Of a stretch of DNA of 64,000 bases, positions 1 through 64,000 are shown piece by piece. The number at the start of each line of letters is the position of its first letter. Position 1 is the first letter of the stretch. The DNA lies in NCBI GenBank assembly GCA_964016885.1, contig CAXHJY010000087.1:1-64000 (forward strand), written 5' to 3'. The stretch comes from Eledone cirrhosa (Eukaryota). Below the pieces are notes generated by a model. The model was not told the DNA's origin. It searched no databases and saw only the letters and a program-made list of their open reading frames with translations. A program made the translations under genes and the position numbers.

Positions 1-64000
<64,000 letters not shown>

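Overview
Animal genomic DNA, very AT-rich and full of (TA)n. The SINE at 3385-3570 and the microsatellite content resemble octopus or other coleoid cephalopod sequence (inference). About 48 kb is a tandem array of a ~1.35-kb unit: 32 units plus partial ends, separated by variable (TA)n tracts and organised into dimer and trimer higher-order repeats. The array is probably not plain satellite. On the minus strand each unit carries two small symmetric phase-1 exons (60 nt and 66 nt) with canonical splice sites. Spliced together they give a 42-aa repeat, [42 protein letters not shown], with a conserved YxxP motif. The window therefore looks like the interior of one giant gene with about 30 tandem two-exon modules, which the ORF track misses. 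One intronic TA tract (24403-38160) holds two near-identical Naiad-type Penelope-like retroelements (RT + GIY-YIG) head-to-head. They form a 6.4-kb-arm palindrome with four atypical hammerhead ribozymes, and both share an A9 frameshift. The diverged left edge holds a truncated second PLE, a palindromic PLE-like fragment and a tRNA-derived SINE. All calls come from reading the sequence; no searches were run.
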